From an uncultured Planctomycetaceae bacterium (GTDB lineage Bacteria > Planctomycetota > Planctomycetia > Planctomycetales > Planctomycetaceae), in assembly GCA_963976765.1 (NCBI GenBank), contig CAXBME010000031.1, forward strand, positions 1 through 64,000: a DNA stretch of 64,000 nucleotides, written 5' to 3'. Below are positions 50,201-62,487 of this stretch, piece by piece (the first letter of the stretch is position 1; each line of letters begins with the position of its first letter). Under the pieces are notes generated by a model that saw nothing but the letters and a program-made list of their open reading frames with translations, was not told where the DNA came from and ran no database searches. Both the position numbers and the translations under genes were made by a program.

Positions 50201-50956
50201 GTCTCGGCCGCGTTGACCGCTTTGCAGGCGTTTGACGATCTGCGAGTCGGACAGTCCGTCGTTAAGAGTCTGAAAGGAATTCCCGGCGACGCTCGACTGG
50301 TTGCCGAAACGCTGCTCGGCAGTCGCCCCGTCTGGGCCATCGAACTGCTGGAAGCAGTCGACCGCGGAGAACTGAAACCGGACGACGTTTCGGAAACCGC
50401 ATTGCGAAAAATTCTGCTGCACGACAACAGCCGCATCGGTGAACTCGTCGAGAAACACTGGGGCAGCGTTGCCGGAGCGACGACCGAAGAAATGCGCAAA
50501 GAAGTGGAACGGTTGATGGCCATCGTCGAGGCCGCTTCCGGCAATCCGAAAAAAGGCAAAGTGCTCTACATGGAGAACTGTGGAAAGTGCCACACGCTGT
50601 TCACCGAAGGCGGCAAGGTCGGCCCGGACTTAACCTCGTTCAAACGCGACAACCTCGAACGAGTCATGATCAACGTGGTGAACCCGAGTCTCGAAATCCG
50701 CGAAGGCTTCGAAAACTACATCATCATCACAACGGACGGACGAGTCGTGAACGGCTTCCTCGCCGACAAGGACAATCAGGTTGTCGTGCTGCGAGGTGTC
50801 GACGGCCAGAACCTGATCTTCCGCCGCGACGAAATCGAAGACATGCGGGCGATTAAGCGATCTGTCATGCCCGAAGGCACCGTCGCCAAGTTGACCGATC
50901 AGCAGATCCGGGATCTGTTTGCGTACCTGCGAGCGTCTCAACCGGTGAATTACTGA
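47282..50956 (+). CDS. PVC-type membrane-bound dehydrogenase / heme-binding CxxCH protein with N-terminal sugar-binding-like domain
   Basis: WDERGRLWV, DTDGDG, FRPVD, HEAT-like region, CGKCH, SVMPEG. Confidence 0.88.
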   Translation: MIPRLRNFVRPCLLMLAAGAFCSAPFEAAAQSSKLAPAEGWHLVTVPDAWRKVPSGDLKPINGYSWYRCLVQVPESWNGADLTLFTEALDDARASYVNGVNVGATGTFPPQFRSGLGEKGKYDVDADLIEFGKLNTIGIRVYQDNPRPNFSVAPPILMNESAKQAIRMDGDWQYRPGDDSAWSKSSAADFGVDAAKLSAGTSDRKQGAYAKIDNVDDVERYVLKRQGDNDPVPPAEAEKQFETPDDLEMQLVLSEPHIAQPLFMNWDERGRLWVMEYRQYPEIAGLKMLSRDVYLRAVYDKVPPAPPNHDKGRDRISIHEDTDGDGVYDKHKVFVDGLNLATSFVQGRGGLFVTNPPYLLFYPDENGDDVPDDDPEVLLEGFGYEDSHSVINSLRFGPDGWLYGAQGSTVSGNIKRPGSKDEPIRTMGQLIWRYHPELRRYEVFAEGGGNTFGVEINEKGEIFSGHNGGDTRGFHYEQGGYSRKGFGKHGPLSNPYAFGYFENMKHHSVPRFTHNFIIYEENVLPDEYRGKLFGIEPLQGQVVMSDFQPDQSSFQTRDISRVVKTSDQWFRPVDIKAGPDGCIYVADMYEQRIDHSSHYAGRIDRTNGRIYRLKPKELPKAESFDYGEADFEALGKLLDHRGKWHRQTAQRIIADRNVAAKESVQAPKRKPLLDFSGFGIPLIEAAIFLEQIESLEKAFVRGGQTSLEAIWWLNSLTTLQNIETVKGLLAHEDQFVRAWTVRLLCDHYQVEPAIARALANLAAQEPYIEVRKQLASSARRLPAKDALPIIRNLLNYDEDSKDLHQPLMLWWAIEAKASDGSRKEILDLLFADKDVWNTAIVKEHLIDRMMKRYALAGSREELIAAAELLNASPNKASTELLLKGFEEAYKGRSLAGLPDQLVAAIAKSGGGSTALKLRQGDAEAIKTAVTAVESGKGTATDRLQYLQIFGEIRRPEFIPVLLKVVDSDKNADLVSAALTALQAFDDLRVGQSVVKSLKGIPGDARLVAETLLGSRPVWAIELLEAVDRGELKPDDVSETALRKILLHDNSRIGELVEKHWGSVAGATTEEMRKEVERLMAIVEAASGNPKKGKVLYMENCGKCHTLFTEGGKVGPDLTSFKRDNLERVMINVVNPSLEIREGFENYIIITTDGRVVNGFLADKDNQVVVLRGVDGQNLIFRRDEIEDMRAIKRSVMPEGTVAKLTDQQIRDLFAYLRASQPVNY

Positions 50957-50970
50957 TCTGAGAAAACGGG

Positions 50971-51053
50971 ACGCTGAGTTCGCAGAGGACTCGCAGAGTA
51001 AAAGGAGAATTTCTCCGCGCCTCTGCGTTTTTCTCCTCAGCGAACTCTGCGTT
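50971..51053. repeat. Intergenic palindromic repeat with ~9-nt periodicity
   Basis: ACGCTGAGTTCGCAGAGG ... CCTCAGCGAACTCTGCGT. Confidence 0.75.
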
Positions 51054-51075
51054 CAAACGTCAGCGTGATTGAATA

Positions 51076-52725
51076 TTACTTCTCGGTGGAATCGCCTTTC
51101 GGCTTCGCTTCTTCTTTCTTCGGCAGAATTGTCAGCCAGATGTCCCTGGTTGAACGATTGAACGCTGCGAGTTCGGCTTCGGCTGAGACGGATTGCCTCT
51201 CTCCGTACTGACCAACAATTCTCAGTGGTCCGTTGAATGGTTTGGCTTCGTCGGTTTTCAGGATCAGTTTGATGGCCTTCGACGTATCGCCTTTGGCTTC
51301 TGACTTGACCGGTTCGACCGTCGCGCCTTCGGGTAAATCCTGAATACTGATTGTGACCTCTTCATTGAAGCCATCATTTCGAGCGATCGTGACGGGAATC
51401 TCCAGCGGCGTACCAGGAGTGGCTGCGAAGACGTCCGCTTTCAATGTCAGTTTTGCCGATGGCTGTCGCGGTCTGATGCTGAGTCGATACGCGAATCGCC
51501 ATCCGCCGTTTTCGAACAGGTCTTTGACTCGAACGGTGTAATCCCCGTCCGCCTTGACTGAAAACACCAGTCTTGAGTCGGCCTCGTTTCGCACCGCGTC
51601 GTCAGATTCGCCGAGCGACTTTCCGTCTTTGTCGAAAACGGTCACTACCGTATCGAGTGGATGGCCAAGCGATCGTGACTCGGCGGCGATCACCAGAACG
51701 TCTCCCTTCTTCGCTGAGAATTGAAAACTGTCTTCGTCAGCAGGTTCATCGATCACTCCACAGACAGTCGTTGGAACTTTAACGGCAACTGGATTTTCGG
51801 CGTTGCATGGTTCAACGGCGATCAATACCGGCTCGTCGACGACGGTTAACGAAACTTCGTGAGGAAGTTCCGACTGTGTGAACTCCGACTGCGTTTCTGC
51901 ATCGACTTTGATTGGCTGCGACAGAGCGTCAGTAAGATTCCAGCCGACAAGTTTCACCGATGATTCACTGTCTCGTTGAACAACCGCAGGCTCAACGTGA
52001 TTGGCCACAGGTCCGCTCGTCATGGTCAGGCGGTAAAGATAGTCCGCTCCGCCCGCGAATCGGATCGTGCTGTTTGGTGTCGCAGGAAATCCGAAGACGC
52101 GTATAAGCCACGTTCCGTCAGCCGGAGCTTCAAACGCAATCATCGGATCGAAACCGTGGTCGTCATCAACCTGCTCGATCACCGTTCCGTTGGCAGAAAG
52201 GATCTGCATGATCGGGTCGACGGGAAATCCCAGCCGCCAGTTGGCATCGATCTGCGCGACCAGTGTCTGCCCCTTCTTCAACGTGATGGCGTAAACATCA
52301 ACGTCGTTAGCGGCGCCGAGCTTTGCGTTGATCACTGACGACTGATCGATCGCCTGAGCTTTGGCGACTTCGTTGTTCGGCTCAACTTCAACAACTTCAG
52401 GCAAACGACCCAGCACGAACGGCACCTGAACAGTCGCTCCTTCGGCATTGAAGAATCTCATCCAGTACAAACCGGGGAATGCATCGGCTGACGAACCGAT
52501 GACCAGGTCGTTGTCCTTCTCAGGAATCTCAAACGTGATGCCTGGGTTGTCGCACCAGACTTTGGTACCAGGCTGATTGATCTTCCCCGAAACTTTGACC
52601 GTGACCTTCTGCCCGATTTGCGCACCGGTCGGAAACACCCATTTGACGTCTGGCGGTGCGGCGAGGGCCGTGCGACTAAAACAGTGCAGCAAAATACCGA
52701 GGGCCGTGAGGACGGGAAACCTCAT
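51076..52725 (-). CDS. Planctomycete PPC-domain (pre-peptidase C-terminal) secreted protein
   Basis: VFPTGAQIG, EVEPNN, DVDVY, YRL repeats. Confidence 0.82.
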   Translation of the reverse strand: MRFPVLTALGILLHCFSRTALAAPPDVKWVFPTGAQIGQKVTVKVSGKINQPGTKVWCDNPGITFEIPEKDNDLVIGSSADAFPGLYWMRFFNAEGATVQVPFVLGRLPEVVEVEPNNEVAKAQAIDQSSVINAKLGAANDVDVYAITLKKGQTLVAQIDANWRLGFPVDPIMQILSANGTVIEQVDDDHGFDPMIAFEAPADGTWLIRVFGFPATPNSTIRFAGGADYLYRLTMTSGPVANHVEPAVVQRDSESSVKLVGWNLTDALSQPIKVDAETQSEFTQSELPHEVSLTVVDEPVLIAVEPCNAENPVAVKVPTTVCGVIDEPADEDSFQFSAKKGDVLVIAAESRSLGHPLDTVVTVFDKDGKSLGESDDAVRNEADSRLVFSVKADGDYTVRVKDLFENGGWRFAYRLSIRPRQPSAKLTLKADVFAATPGTPLEIPVTIARNDGFNEEVTISIQDLPEGATVEPVKSEAKGDTSKAIKLILKTDEAKPFNGPLRIVGQYGERQSVSAEAELAAFNRSTRDIWLTILPKKEEAKPKGDSTEK

Positions 52726-53202
52726 GAGCGAGTCTCCGATGGTGGGAAGATGAACAACGGACAAATCCATCGAACTTGATCGATCTTACGCGGCTGGAAT
52801 CCGCGTGTCACTCTCCGTGAATGCGTGGCGTCATTCCGCAACTGGTCTGAAACACCTTTGATGGCCAGACCCCGCAGCGTCCGTAAGTCCTTACTATTAT
52901 TCGTGTTTTGGTCAGACCGGGAAGTTTCGGCTGGACTGGAGCCTTCGGCAGGCTGGTGGAAACAATGCCTGTTGACCGGTTCTGTAATCTGGCTACAATC
53001 GGGACAAGTGTTAAATTCGGTAAAATCGGATTAACCGGCAGGACTCGTAAAGTCGATACTACCGCACAGATACACAACCAAGGGATTGACAAGGATGTTG
53101 TACCCTGGTCGGCTGGCTGCAGATTGTGATACCTGCCTTCACCATCACCGCAGCTTCGTCTGAGCCGGCTCATCAGTTCAGTTCAAAGGATGGATGAACC
53201 CG

Positions 53203-53790
53203 ATGAAGACAGTTTTCACAACCGGAGAAGCTGCCAAGATCTGCAAGGTCAGTCAGCAGACAATCATTCGCTGTTTCGACTCCGGACAGCTCAAAGGCTT
53301 TCGAGTTCCAGGTTCACGTTTCCGTCGAATCCCGCGGGATATTCTCTATCGGTTCATGAAAGACAACGGAATTCCGACGGACGCTCTGGAAAGTGGACGA
53401 CGCAAGGCCCTGATCGTAGATGACGATGAAGAACTCGTCGAACTGATCAAAGACGTGCTCGAAGCGGACGGTCGTTTCGACATCCGCACAGCCAACAACG
53501 GCTTCGACGCCGGTATGATGGTCAAAGAGTACCACCCGGACATTATCGTCCTGGACGTCATGCTGCCGGACATCAACGGTCGCGAAGTCTGCCAGCGAGT
53601 CCGCAGCGATTCGACGCTGGACGACTGCCAGATCATTTGCATCAGCGGCATGGTCGAGCAGGACAAGATTCAGGATCTGCGGGACTCGGGCGCGAACGAC
53701 TTCATGCAGAAGCCGTTTGAAATCGAGAAGCTTGTCGAACGAATCTGCAAGCTGTTGGATGTCGAACCAGTCCCCGCCAACGCTCGATAG
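53203..53790 (+). CDS. Response regulator with N-terminal HTH_17 domain
   Basis: FTTGEAAKICKVS; IVDDD, LDVMLP, KPF. Confidence 0.92.
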   Translation: MKTVFTTGEAAKICKVSQQTIIRCFDSGQLKGFRVPGSRFRRIPRDILYRFMKDNGIPTDALESGRRKALIVDDDEELVELIKDVLEADGRFDIRTANNGFDAGMMVKEYHPDIIVLDVMLPDINGREVCQRVRSDSTLDDCQIICISGMVEQDKIQDLRDSGANDFMQKPFEIEKLVERICKLLDVEPVPANAR

Positions 53791-53816
53791 ATGCTGAATT
53801 ATCCAAAGAGACTTTC

Positions 53817-53852
53817 ACGCAGCAGCAGGTGAATCCTGTTGCTGCGTTTTTT
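53817..53852 (+). terminator. Intrinsic terminator
   Basis: ACGCAGCAGCAGG/CCTGTTGCTGCGT followed by a T-run. Confidence 0.75.
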
Positions 53853-53890
53853 GTAGCCTTCGCGTAGTGACAACAAACAACCGAAGAACC

Positions 53891-55096
53891 ATGCCGGTGA
53901 CTGAACCAGCCAATCTATTGACGGCTCCGCTGGAGCTTGTGCAGCGAGCGTTGCCGGTCTCAACCGCTAAGGCGCTGCTGGAGTTGCTGGCTGAATCGTG
54001 GCTGCTAACAGCTGGAGCGACCGCATGCCACGTTTCACTGGTCACCAATCAGAAGCTGCAGTGTGCCTTCTTCGACCTCGGACGTCGTGGCAAGCCAATC
54101 GTCTCCCCCGACGAAATCGCAATGTCGCAGGAAGCATGGTCAGCGACGCTGGCGAGTGATGCTCTGACAGCGATTTTCGATCAGAGCTCGGACGCTCCGA
54201 CCTCGGTCACTGTCGTGCCGTTTGAATTCGAGGGACGCCTTTGTGGCGGAGCGCTGCTTCTGGGCGAATTTCAGGACTCTGACATCCTGACAACGCTGGC
54301 AACGGTCAGCGCGCAACTGATCGAGCAGCTTCGCAAACTTCAGTCGCCATCGGTGCCACCTGATCCGGTTTCCAAAACCAGGCTCCGTGATTTGAAGCTC
54401 GAAGCGATGGCCGAATTCGCTGCGGGAGCCGGTCACGAGATCAATAATCCGGTCGCCACCATCGCTGGCCGATCAGCCTTGCTGCTCAAAACAGAAACCG
54501 ACCCCGAGCGACGGCGACTTCTGGAAACCATCGGCGGGCAGGCTTACCGCATCCGCGACATGATCGGCGACGCGATGACCTGCGCGAGACCGCCAGAGCC
54601 GGTCTGCGAAGAATTCGAACCCGCCGCGGACATCGTCCAGGTCAGCCAGAATCTGCGGCAACAGTTTCCACACAAGCAAGTCACGATGGAAACGACGCTC
54701 GACGAAAGCATCAAACTGAACGCCGACCGCGAGCAATTCCGAGTCGTCGTGTCCTGCCTGATTAAAAACAGCCTGGAAGCCATCTCCGACGCGGGAAACA
54801 TCCGCATCGAACTCAGCCGCTTCTCTGACGGCTTTGATCAAGACACGCCGCAACCGAGTTCGCACATTCGCTTGTCCGTTTCCGACAACGGAGTCGGACT
54901 ATCCGAAACAGAACGCGAGCACCTCTTCGACCCGTTCTACTCAGGCCGCCAGGCTGGTCGGGGCCTCGGCTTTGGCCTGCCCAAGTGCTGGCAAATTCTG
55001 AGACTCCACGGTGGAACCATCGAAGCTGTTGAAACATCGGTCGACGATGAAAACCCGGGAGAGGGCCTGACAATCAACACGCTATGGCCAACGTAA
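53891..55096 (+). CDS. Cytoplasmic sensor histidine kinase
   Basis: HEINNP, DNGVG, FDPFY, GLGFGL. Confidence 0.9.
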   Translation: MPVTEPANLLTAPLELVQRALPVSTAKALLELLAESWLLTAGATACHVSLVTNQKLQCAFFDLGRRGKPIVSPDEIAMSQEAWSATLASDALTAIFDQSSDAPTSVTVVPFEFEGRLCGGALLLGEFQDSDILTTLATVSAQLIEQLRKLQSPSVPPDPVSKTRLRDLKLEAMAEFAAGAGHEINNPVATIAGRSALLLKTETDPERRRLLETIGGQAYRIRDMIGDAMTCARPPEPVCEEFEPAADIVQVSQNLRQQFPHKQVTMETTLDESIKLNADREQFRVVVSCLIKNSLEAISDAGNIRIELSRFSDGFDQDTPQPSSHIRLSVSDNGVGLSETEREHLFDPFYSGRQAGRGLGFGLPKCWQILRLHGGTIEAVETSVDDENPGEGLTINTLWPT

Positions 55097-55467
55097 CTCG
55101 CAACCCGAGAATCAACTATGGGGACTCCGGCCAGCATGGCTGGATCGAAAAGCGAACAGCTGCTTCGCCGTTCGAACCCAGTTCAAAAGAACTCTCGACA
55201 CCCACCGTACGCTGATGATGAAGTAACTTTTGGCTGCGCCACTCAACCGCGAGTGGTCAGGCTATCCCTTGGAATCAACAAATCTGACACAACGGCGCTA
55301 AGCACGCTTCCGGTTGAAGAATGGTTTCCCGCCTGCGCGGGGATGACCGTACGACGCTGCGGTCGATTAATCCACTCGGAGCGCTTGACAAGCTGGCTGG
55401 TAACCAGCTTTCCTCCGTGGTTCCCGAGTGGCCGCTTTTCACCGCCTGATTGACAGGATGCTTCGAG

Positions 55468-57471
55468 ATGAATTTTCGTGCTCGATTAACCGCTGCGTTT
55501 GTGCTGACCATGTTTGTGACACTGAGCTTTGCCGGCAGAATCTCGGTCGCCGCCGAGTTAACGGGCACGGCTGAAGAGCGGCTGAAGAACGATCTCAAAT
55601 ATCTGGCGGATGACAAGCTGGAAGGTCGAGGTGTCGGCACCGAAGGGCTGAACCTGGCTGCTGACTATATCAAAGATCAGTTCAAGGCGGCGGGTCTGGA
55701 TGTGACTGCTCTGGATGGCGACGCCTTTCAGAAGTTTACGATGGTCACCGGAACAAAGCTGCTGGAAAACAATTCGCTGAAGTTCGTCGGGCCGGAAGAC
55801 AAAACTATCGATTTGAAACTCGAAGAAGATTTCAACGTCTGCTCGTTCGGCGGCAGCGGGAAGTTCTCGGGCGAAATCGTCTTCGGCGGGTACGCGATCA
55901 ACGCGAAAGAGGCGTCTTACAAGGATTTTGGAGACGTTGACGTCAAAGGGAAAATTGTCATCGTCATGCGTCGGACGCCTCAGCAGGCCAATCACAAAAG
56001 TCCGTTTGCCTCCGGTCACGGAGTGTCTCGACACGCGTCGATTCAGGCGAAAGTCAGCGTTTGCTCAACCGCCGGAGCGGCCGCGATTCTGTTTGTAAAC
56101 GATCCGCACTCTGTTGAATCTGAGACTGAGAAAGCGATCGATTCGGCAAATAATGCCGTGGTGAAGGTCGCTCGCGAGATCTCAAAAATGGAGCCACCAG
56201 ACAAAGCATTTTCAGATACGCGAAACAAGCTGAACGCGGCACTCGAAAGAGTCAGCAGCGCTCATGGAGACGCTCACACCGGCGGTTTCGACACTCTGAT
56301 GAAGTTCGGCTACGCGGGGAACGGCAAGGACGGTGCGATTCCCGTCGTGCATATTTCACAGGCGAAATGCGACGAGCTATTGAAGCTTGCCTTGAAGAAA
56401 TCGCTCGCCGACCTGGAAGCGGAAATCGACACGGACCTGAAGCCTCGAACTCAAGTGCTGGAAGGCTGGAAGGTCACGGGTGAAACGAGCCTCGAAAGAG
56501 TTCGCACGGAAGTGAAAAACGTCATCGGCGTGCTGGAAGGTGAAGGGCCCCTGGCTGATGAAACCATCGTCGTGGGTGCTCACTACGATCATGTCGGCAT
56601 GGGTGGAGACGGTTCGCTGGCTCCGGGAGTCATTGAGGTTCACAACGGCGCTGACGACAACGGCTCGGGAACGGTCGCACTGATCGAGATCGCTCGCCAA
56701 CTTGCGGCTCGGAAACAACCGTTGCCGCGCCGGGTGGTTTTTATCGCGTTCACCGCTGAAGAGAAGGGCCTGATCGGTTCGGCGAAGTACGTCGAAAAGC
56801 CGCTGTTCCCGCTCGAAAAGACGATCGCCATGTTCAACATGGATATGGTCGGGCGGCTGCGGGAAAACAAGCTGACCGTCTTCGGAGTTGGAACGTCTCC
56901 GACGTTCAAAGACGACGTCACCCGTCTGGGAGAAGCCGCTGAGTTCAAACTGTCACTGAAACCGGAAGGCTTCGGACCGAGCGATCAGTCATCGTTCTAC
57001 GCAAAGAAGATTCCCGTCCTGCACTTCTTCACGAACACTCACAGCGACTATCACCGCCCCGGCGACGACTGGGAGAAAATCAATTTCAACGGCATCCAGC
57101 GAATCGCCGACCTGTTCCGCGACGTCGTGATCCACACCGCGGAAACTCAGAAGCGTCCCGAGTACCTCGAAGTCGCCGGGACGGCAGACACTCAACGACA
57201 AGGCAGCCGACCTTACTTCGGCAGCATCCCCGACTTCAGCGGCGAAGGGGAAGGTTATGCAATCTCGGGAGTTTCGCCGAAAAGCCCGGCAGCGAAAGGC
57301 GGACTGAAAGGCGGAGACCGGATCGTTCAGTTCGGAGAAAGCAAAGTCGCTGACCTGAGCGACTTTGACCTCGCTCTGCGAAATTTCTCAGCGGGTGACG
57401 AAGTCGACGTCACCGTACTCCGCGACGGCCAGAGAGTGAAGCTAAAAGTGACGCTGGCGAAGCCTCGTTAG
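55468..57471 (+). CDS. M28 aminopeptidase with PA and PDZ domains
   Basis: GAHYDH, GADDNGSG, AEEKG, SDYH, C-terminal PDZ. Confidence 0.92.
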   Translation: MNFRARLTAAFVLTMFVTLSFAGRISVAAELTGTAEERLKNDLKYLADDKLEGRGVGTEGLNLAADYIKDQFKAAGLDVTALDGDAFQKFTMVTGTKLLENNSLKFVGPEDKTIDLKLEEDFNVCSFGGSGKFSGEIVFGGYAINAKEASYKDFGDVDVKGKIVIVMRRTPQQANHKSPFASGHGVSRHASIQAKVSVCSTAGAAAILFVNDPHSVESETEKAIDSANNAVVKVAREISKMEPPDKAFSDTRNKLNAALERVSSAHGDAHTGGFDTLMKFGYAGNGKDGAIPVVHISQAKCDELLKLALKKSLADLEAEIDTDLKPRTQVLEGWKVTGETSLERVRTEVKNVIGVLEGEGPLADETIVVGAHYDHVGMGGDGSLAPGVIEVHNGADDNGSGTVALIEIARQLAARKQPLPRRVVFIAFTAEEKGLIGSAKYVEKPLFPLEKTIAMFNMDMVGRLRENKLTVFGVGTSPTFKDDVTRLGEAAEFKLSLKPEGFGPSDQSSFYAKKIPVLHFFTNTHSDYHRPGDDWEKINFNGIQRIADLFRDVVIHTAETQKRPEYLEVAGTADTQRQGSRPYFGSIPDFSGEGEGYAISGVSPKSPAAKGGLKGGDRIVQFGESKVADLSDFDLALRNFSAGDEVDVTVLRDGQRVKLKVTLAKPR

Positions 57472-57659
57472 CATTCGATTTTGCAGGCTGAGTTTTAACC
57501 GAGTACGTGTCTTAGAACTGGAACTCGTCCCAGCTTAATCGACCACAATAGCGTTTACGTGTGGCGAATCCGCGGTCGGGGACAAGTACCGGTAGGTCCA
57601 AGAGATATTTGGGGGCCCGTTCAGATTCTGGAGTGAGCTGGGCTTCAGACACGAATCGG

Positions 57660-57935
57660 ATGTCCAAAACCTGTCGAAAGTCTGTTGAGAAATGATCACT
57701 GATTCCGGGGTTGTTGACAGTCTGAAAAAGGGCTCGAAAACTGCCAACATTCGCCCACAGACTGGTGACCGCCAACGAACAGTCTGTCAACGAGTTTTGA
57801 ACTCCTTTCTGAGCTGCTTGTTGCCGCGCAAACCTTGACGTATCATACGCTTCCTGCGTCGCGGGAATGATTCTCAACACATCCGGCAGTCGCCTTAATA
57901 ATACTGCTGAGATATATCTTTTCTTTAAGTAGTTC
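57660..57935. other. Putative oriC
   Basis: Cluster of DnaA-box-like 9-mers (TTCTCAACA, CTGTCAACA) then a GC tract, TAA-TAA-TAC trios and an AT-rich run, upstream of dnaN. Confidence 0.6.
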
Positions 57936-58064
57936 AGGCTCCGCCCCAGCGATGCTGGTTCGTAAAAATCAAGACAACCAGCAGACGACAACGATTGATC
58001 CGGACTGTGTCCGAGTTCGATACCTGAACGATTCCAACACGCTCGTCACGGAGTGACAGACGCC

Positions 58065-59180
58065 ATGAAACTCAATTGTCATCGTGCTTCGTTCGCCTCG
58101 GCCCTTCAGATCGTCAGCGGGGTTGTTCCATCCCGGACTCCGAAAGAGATCCTTAAGAACGTCAAGCTGCATGTTGACGGCGGCAAGGCCGTTCTGATCG
58201 GTACTGACCAGGAAGTTGGTATCCGCTTTGAAGTCGCTGGCGTCGAGACGGATTCAACCGGCGAAGTTCTGCTGCCGACTCAGCGAGTCGTGTCGATTCT
58301 GCGGGAACTGAACGACGATCATGTGACACTGGAAGCGACAGAGGGAAAGCTGGTCATCAAAGGCGGGCAGAGCGAATTCAGCCTGTCGACTGAAGACCCG
58401 GGCGAGTTCCCGCCGGTCGCCGCCTTCGAAGATTCGGAATACTTCACAGTCAATGCTCCAACGCTGCGTGAGATGATTAAGCGGACGATCTTCGCGACAG
58501 ATACCGAAAGCACTCGCTATGCACTTGGCGGAGTTTTGCTTGAGCTGACTCCTGAACGAGCAACGCTTGCCGCAACAGACAGTCGCCGGCTGGCAGTCGC
58601 GTCGGCAGCCGCTCAGGTGGTCGGCGAGATCAACGTCGAGAATGCAACTCCGGTGGTTCCGTCGAAAGCGATGCAGTTGATTGAGCGATCGTTGTCAGAC
58701 GACGAAGATGCCGTCGCTCTGATCGCCATTCACGCCAACGATGTACTGGTGAAGTGTGGCGGCTCGACAATTTACAGCCGGCTTGTCGAAGGTCGATTCC
58801 CGAAATACTCGGACGTTATCCCCACCGATTTCAGCTCGTCGGTCGAACTGGTCATCGGACCATTTTATTCGGCAGTCCGGCAGGCTCAGATCGTGACTAA
58901 CGAAGAAAGCCGCGGCGTCGATTTTTCATTCTCGAATGGCAAGTTGACACTGGCCAGTCGCGCAGCTGATGTCGGGCAGTCAAATGTAGAGCTTCCCATC
59001 GCCTACGACGGAGAAGAATTCACGATCACATTTGATCCTCGATTTGTCGCCGATTTCCTGCGGATTCTGGACAACGGGACGACGGTCAAATTGAATTTGA
59101 TCGACGGCGAAAGCCCGGCCGTGTTCACAACGGAAGACCAGTATCGATATGTCGTCATGCCGCTTTCGCGAGACCAGTAG
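58065..59180 (+). CDS. dnaN: DNA polymerase III beta clamp
   Basis: TRYALGGV, ATDSRRLA, RLVEGRFPKY, YVVMPL. Confidence 0.96.
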   Translation: MKLNCHRASFASALQIVSGVVPSRTPKEILKNVKLHVDGGKAVLIGTDQEVGIRFEVAGVETDSTGEVLLPTQRVVSILRELNDDHVTLEATEGKLVIKGGQSEFSLSTEDPGEFPPVAAFEDSEYFTVNAPTLREMIKRTIFATDTESTRYALGGVLLELTPERATLAATDSRRLAVASAAAQVVGEINVENATPVVPSKAMQLIERSLSDDEDAVALIAIHANDVLVKCGGSTIYSRLVEGRFPKYSDVIPTDFSSSVELVIGPFYSAVRQAQIVTNEESRGVDFSFSNGKLTLASRAADVGQSNVELPIAYDGEEFTITFDPRFVADFLRILDNGTTVKLNLIDGESPAVFTTEDQYRYVVMPLSRDQ

Positions 59181-59247
59181 TCCGCAACGTGCTGGTGATT
59201 TGCAACTGCATGTTCCCGTTCCTCACCTTTTGATTCTCGTTCCTTCT

Positions 59248-62146
<2,899 letters not shown>

Positions 62147-62162
62147 TTAACTCTGTTGGTGG

Positions 62163-62222
62163 GAGACACAAAGGTTGAGATCTGAGACATAAACCTTGAG
62201 TCTGTGAGACACAAAGTTTGAA
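62163..62222 (+). repeat. Three direct repeats GAGACAYAAANNTTGA (21-22 bp period), putative TnsB-binding sites
   Basis: Copies start at 62163, 62184 and 62206. Confidence 0.85.
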
Positions 62223-62256
62223 ACGCGCGAGGGCTCCTTTTTCACCCGATGAGTGA

Positions 62257-62313
62257 TTCCGAGTCCTGATGGGCGATCAAGTCGAACCCCGTCGCGAGTT
62301 CATCGAGAAGCAC
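62257..62313 (+). other. Diverged 57-nt copy of the gyrB 3' region flanked by short direct repeats
   Basis: 47/57 identity to 62060-62116 with all mismatches at codon position 3; flanks TCACC(G)CGATGAGT. Confidence 0.85.
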
Positions 62314-62487
62314 ATTCTCACCGCGATGAGTCGTCTTCGATTGGGGATCGCGTGCTATTGTCTCCTGAAAGATCAGCTCCCGACCGCGGCACGGCTTGGG
62401 CGGCGAATCCGTGGAATATGGCCAAGTGTTCGCGATCGATACACGCAGACGCATGACGATTCGCTTCTGGTCATGATGCAGCGAAGC

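Noticed and set aside
55322..55347. TTTCCCGCCTGCGCGGGGATGAC palindrome as a repeat-family member
   Set aside because: A single copy in the window with no partner; cannot be supported without a genome-wide search
57512..57991. 159-aa minus-strand ORF upstream of dnaN (possible dnaA remnant)
   Set aside because: No DnaA similarity, atypical composition; overlaps the putative oriC
62163..62222. Three direct repeats as a CRISPR array
   Set aside because: The period is only 21-22 bp with no room for spacers; it fits protein-binding sites at a transposon end
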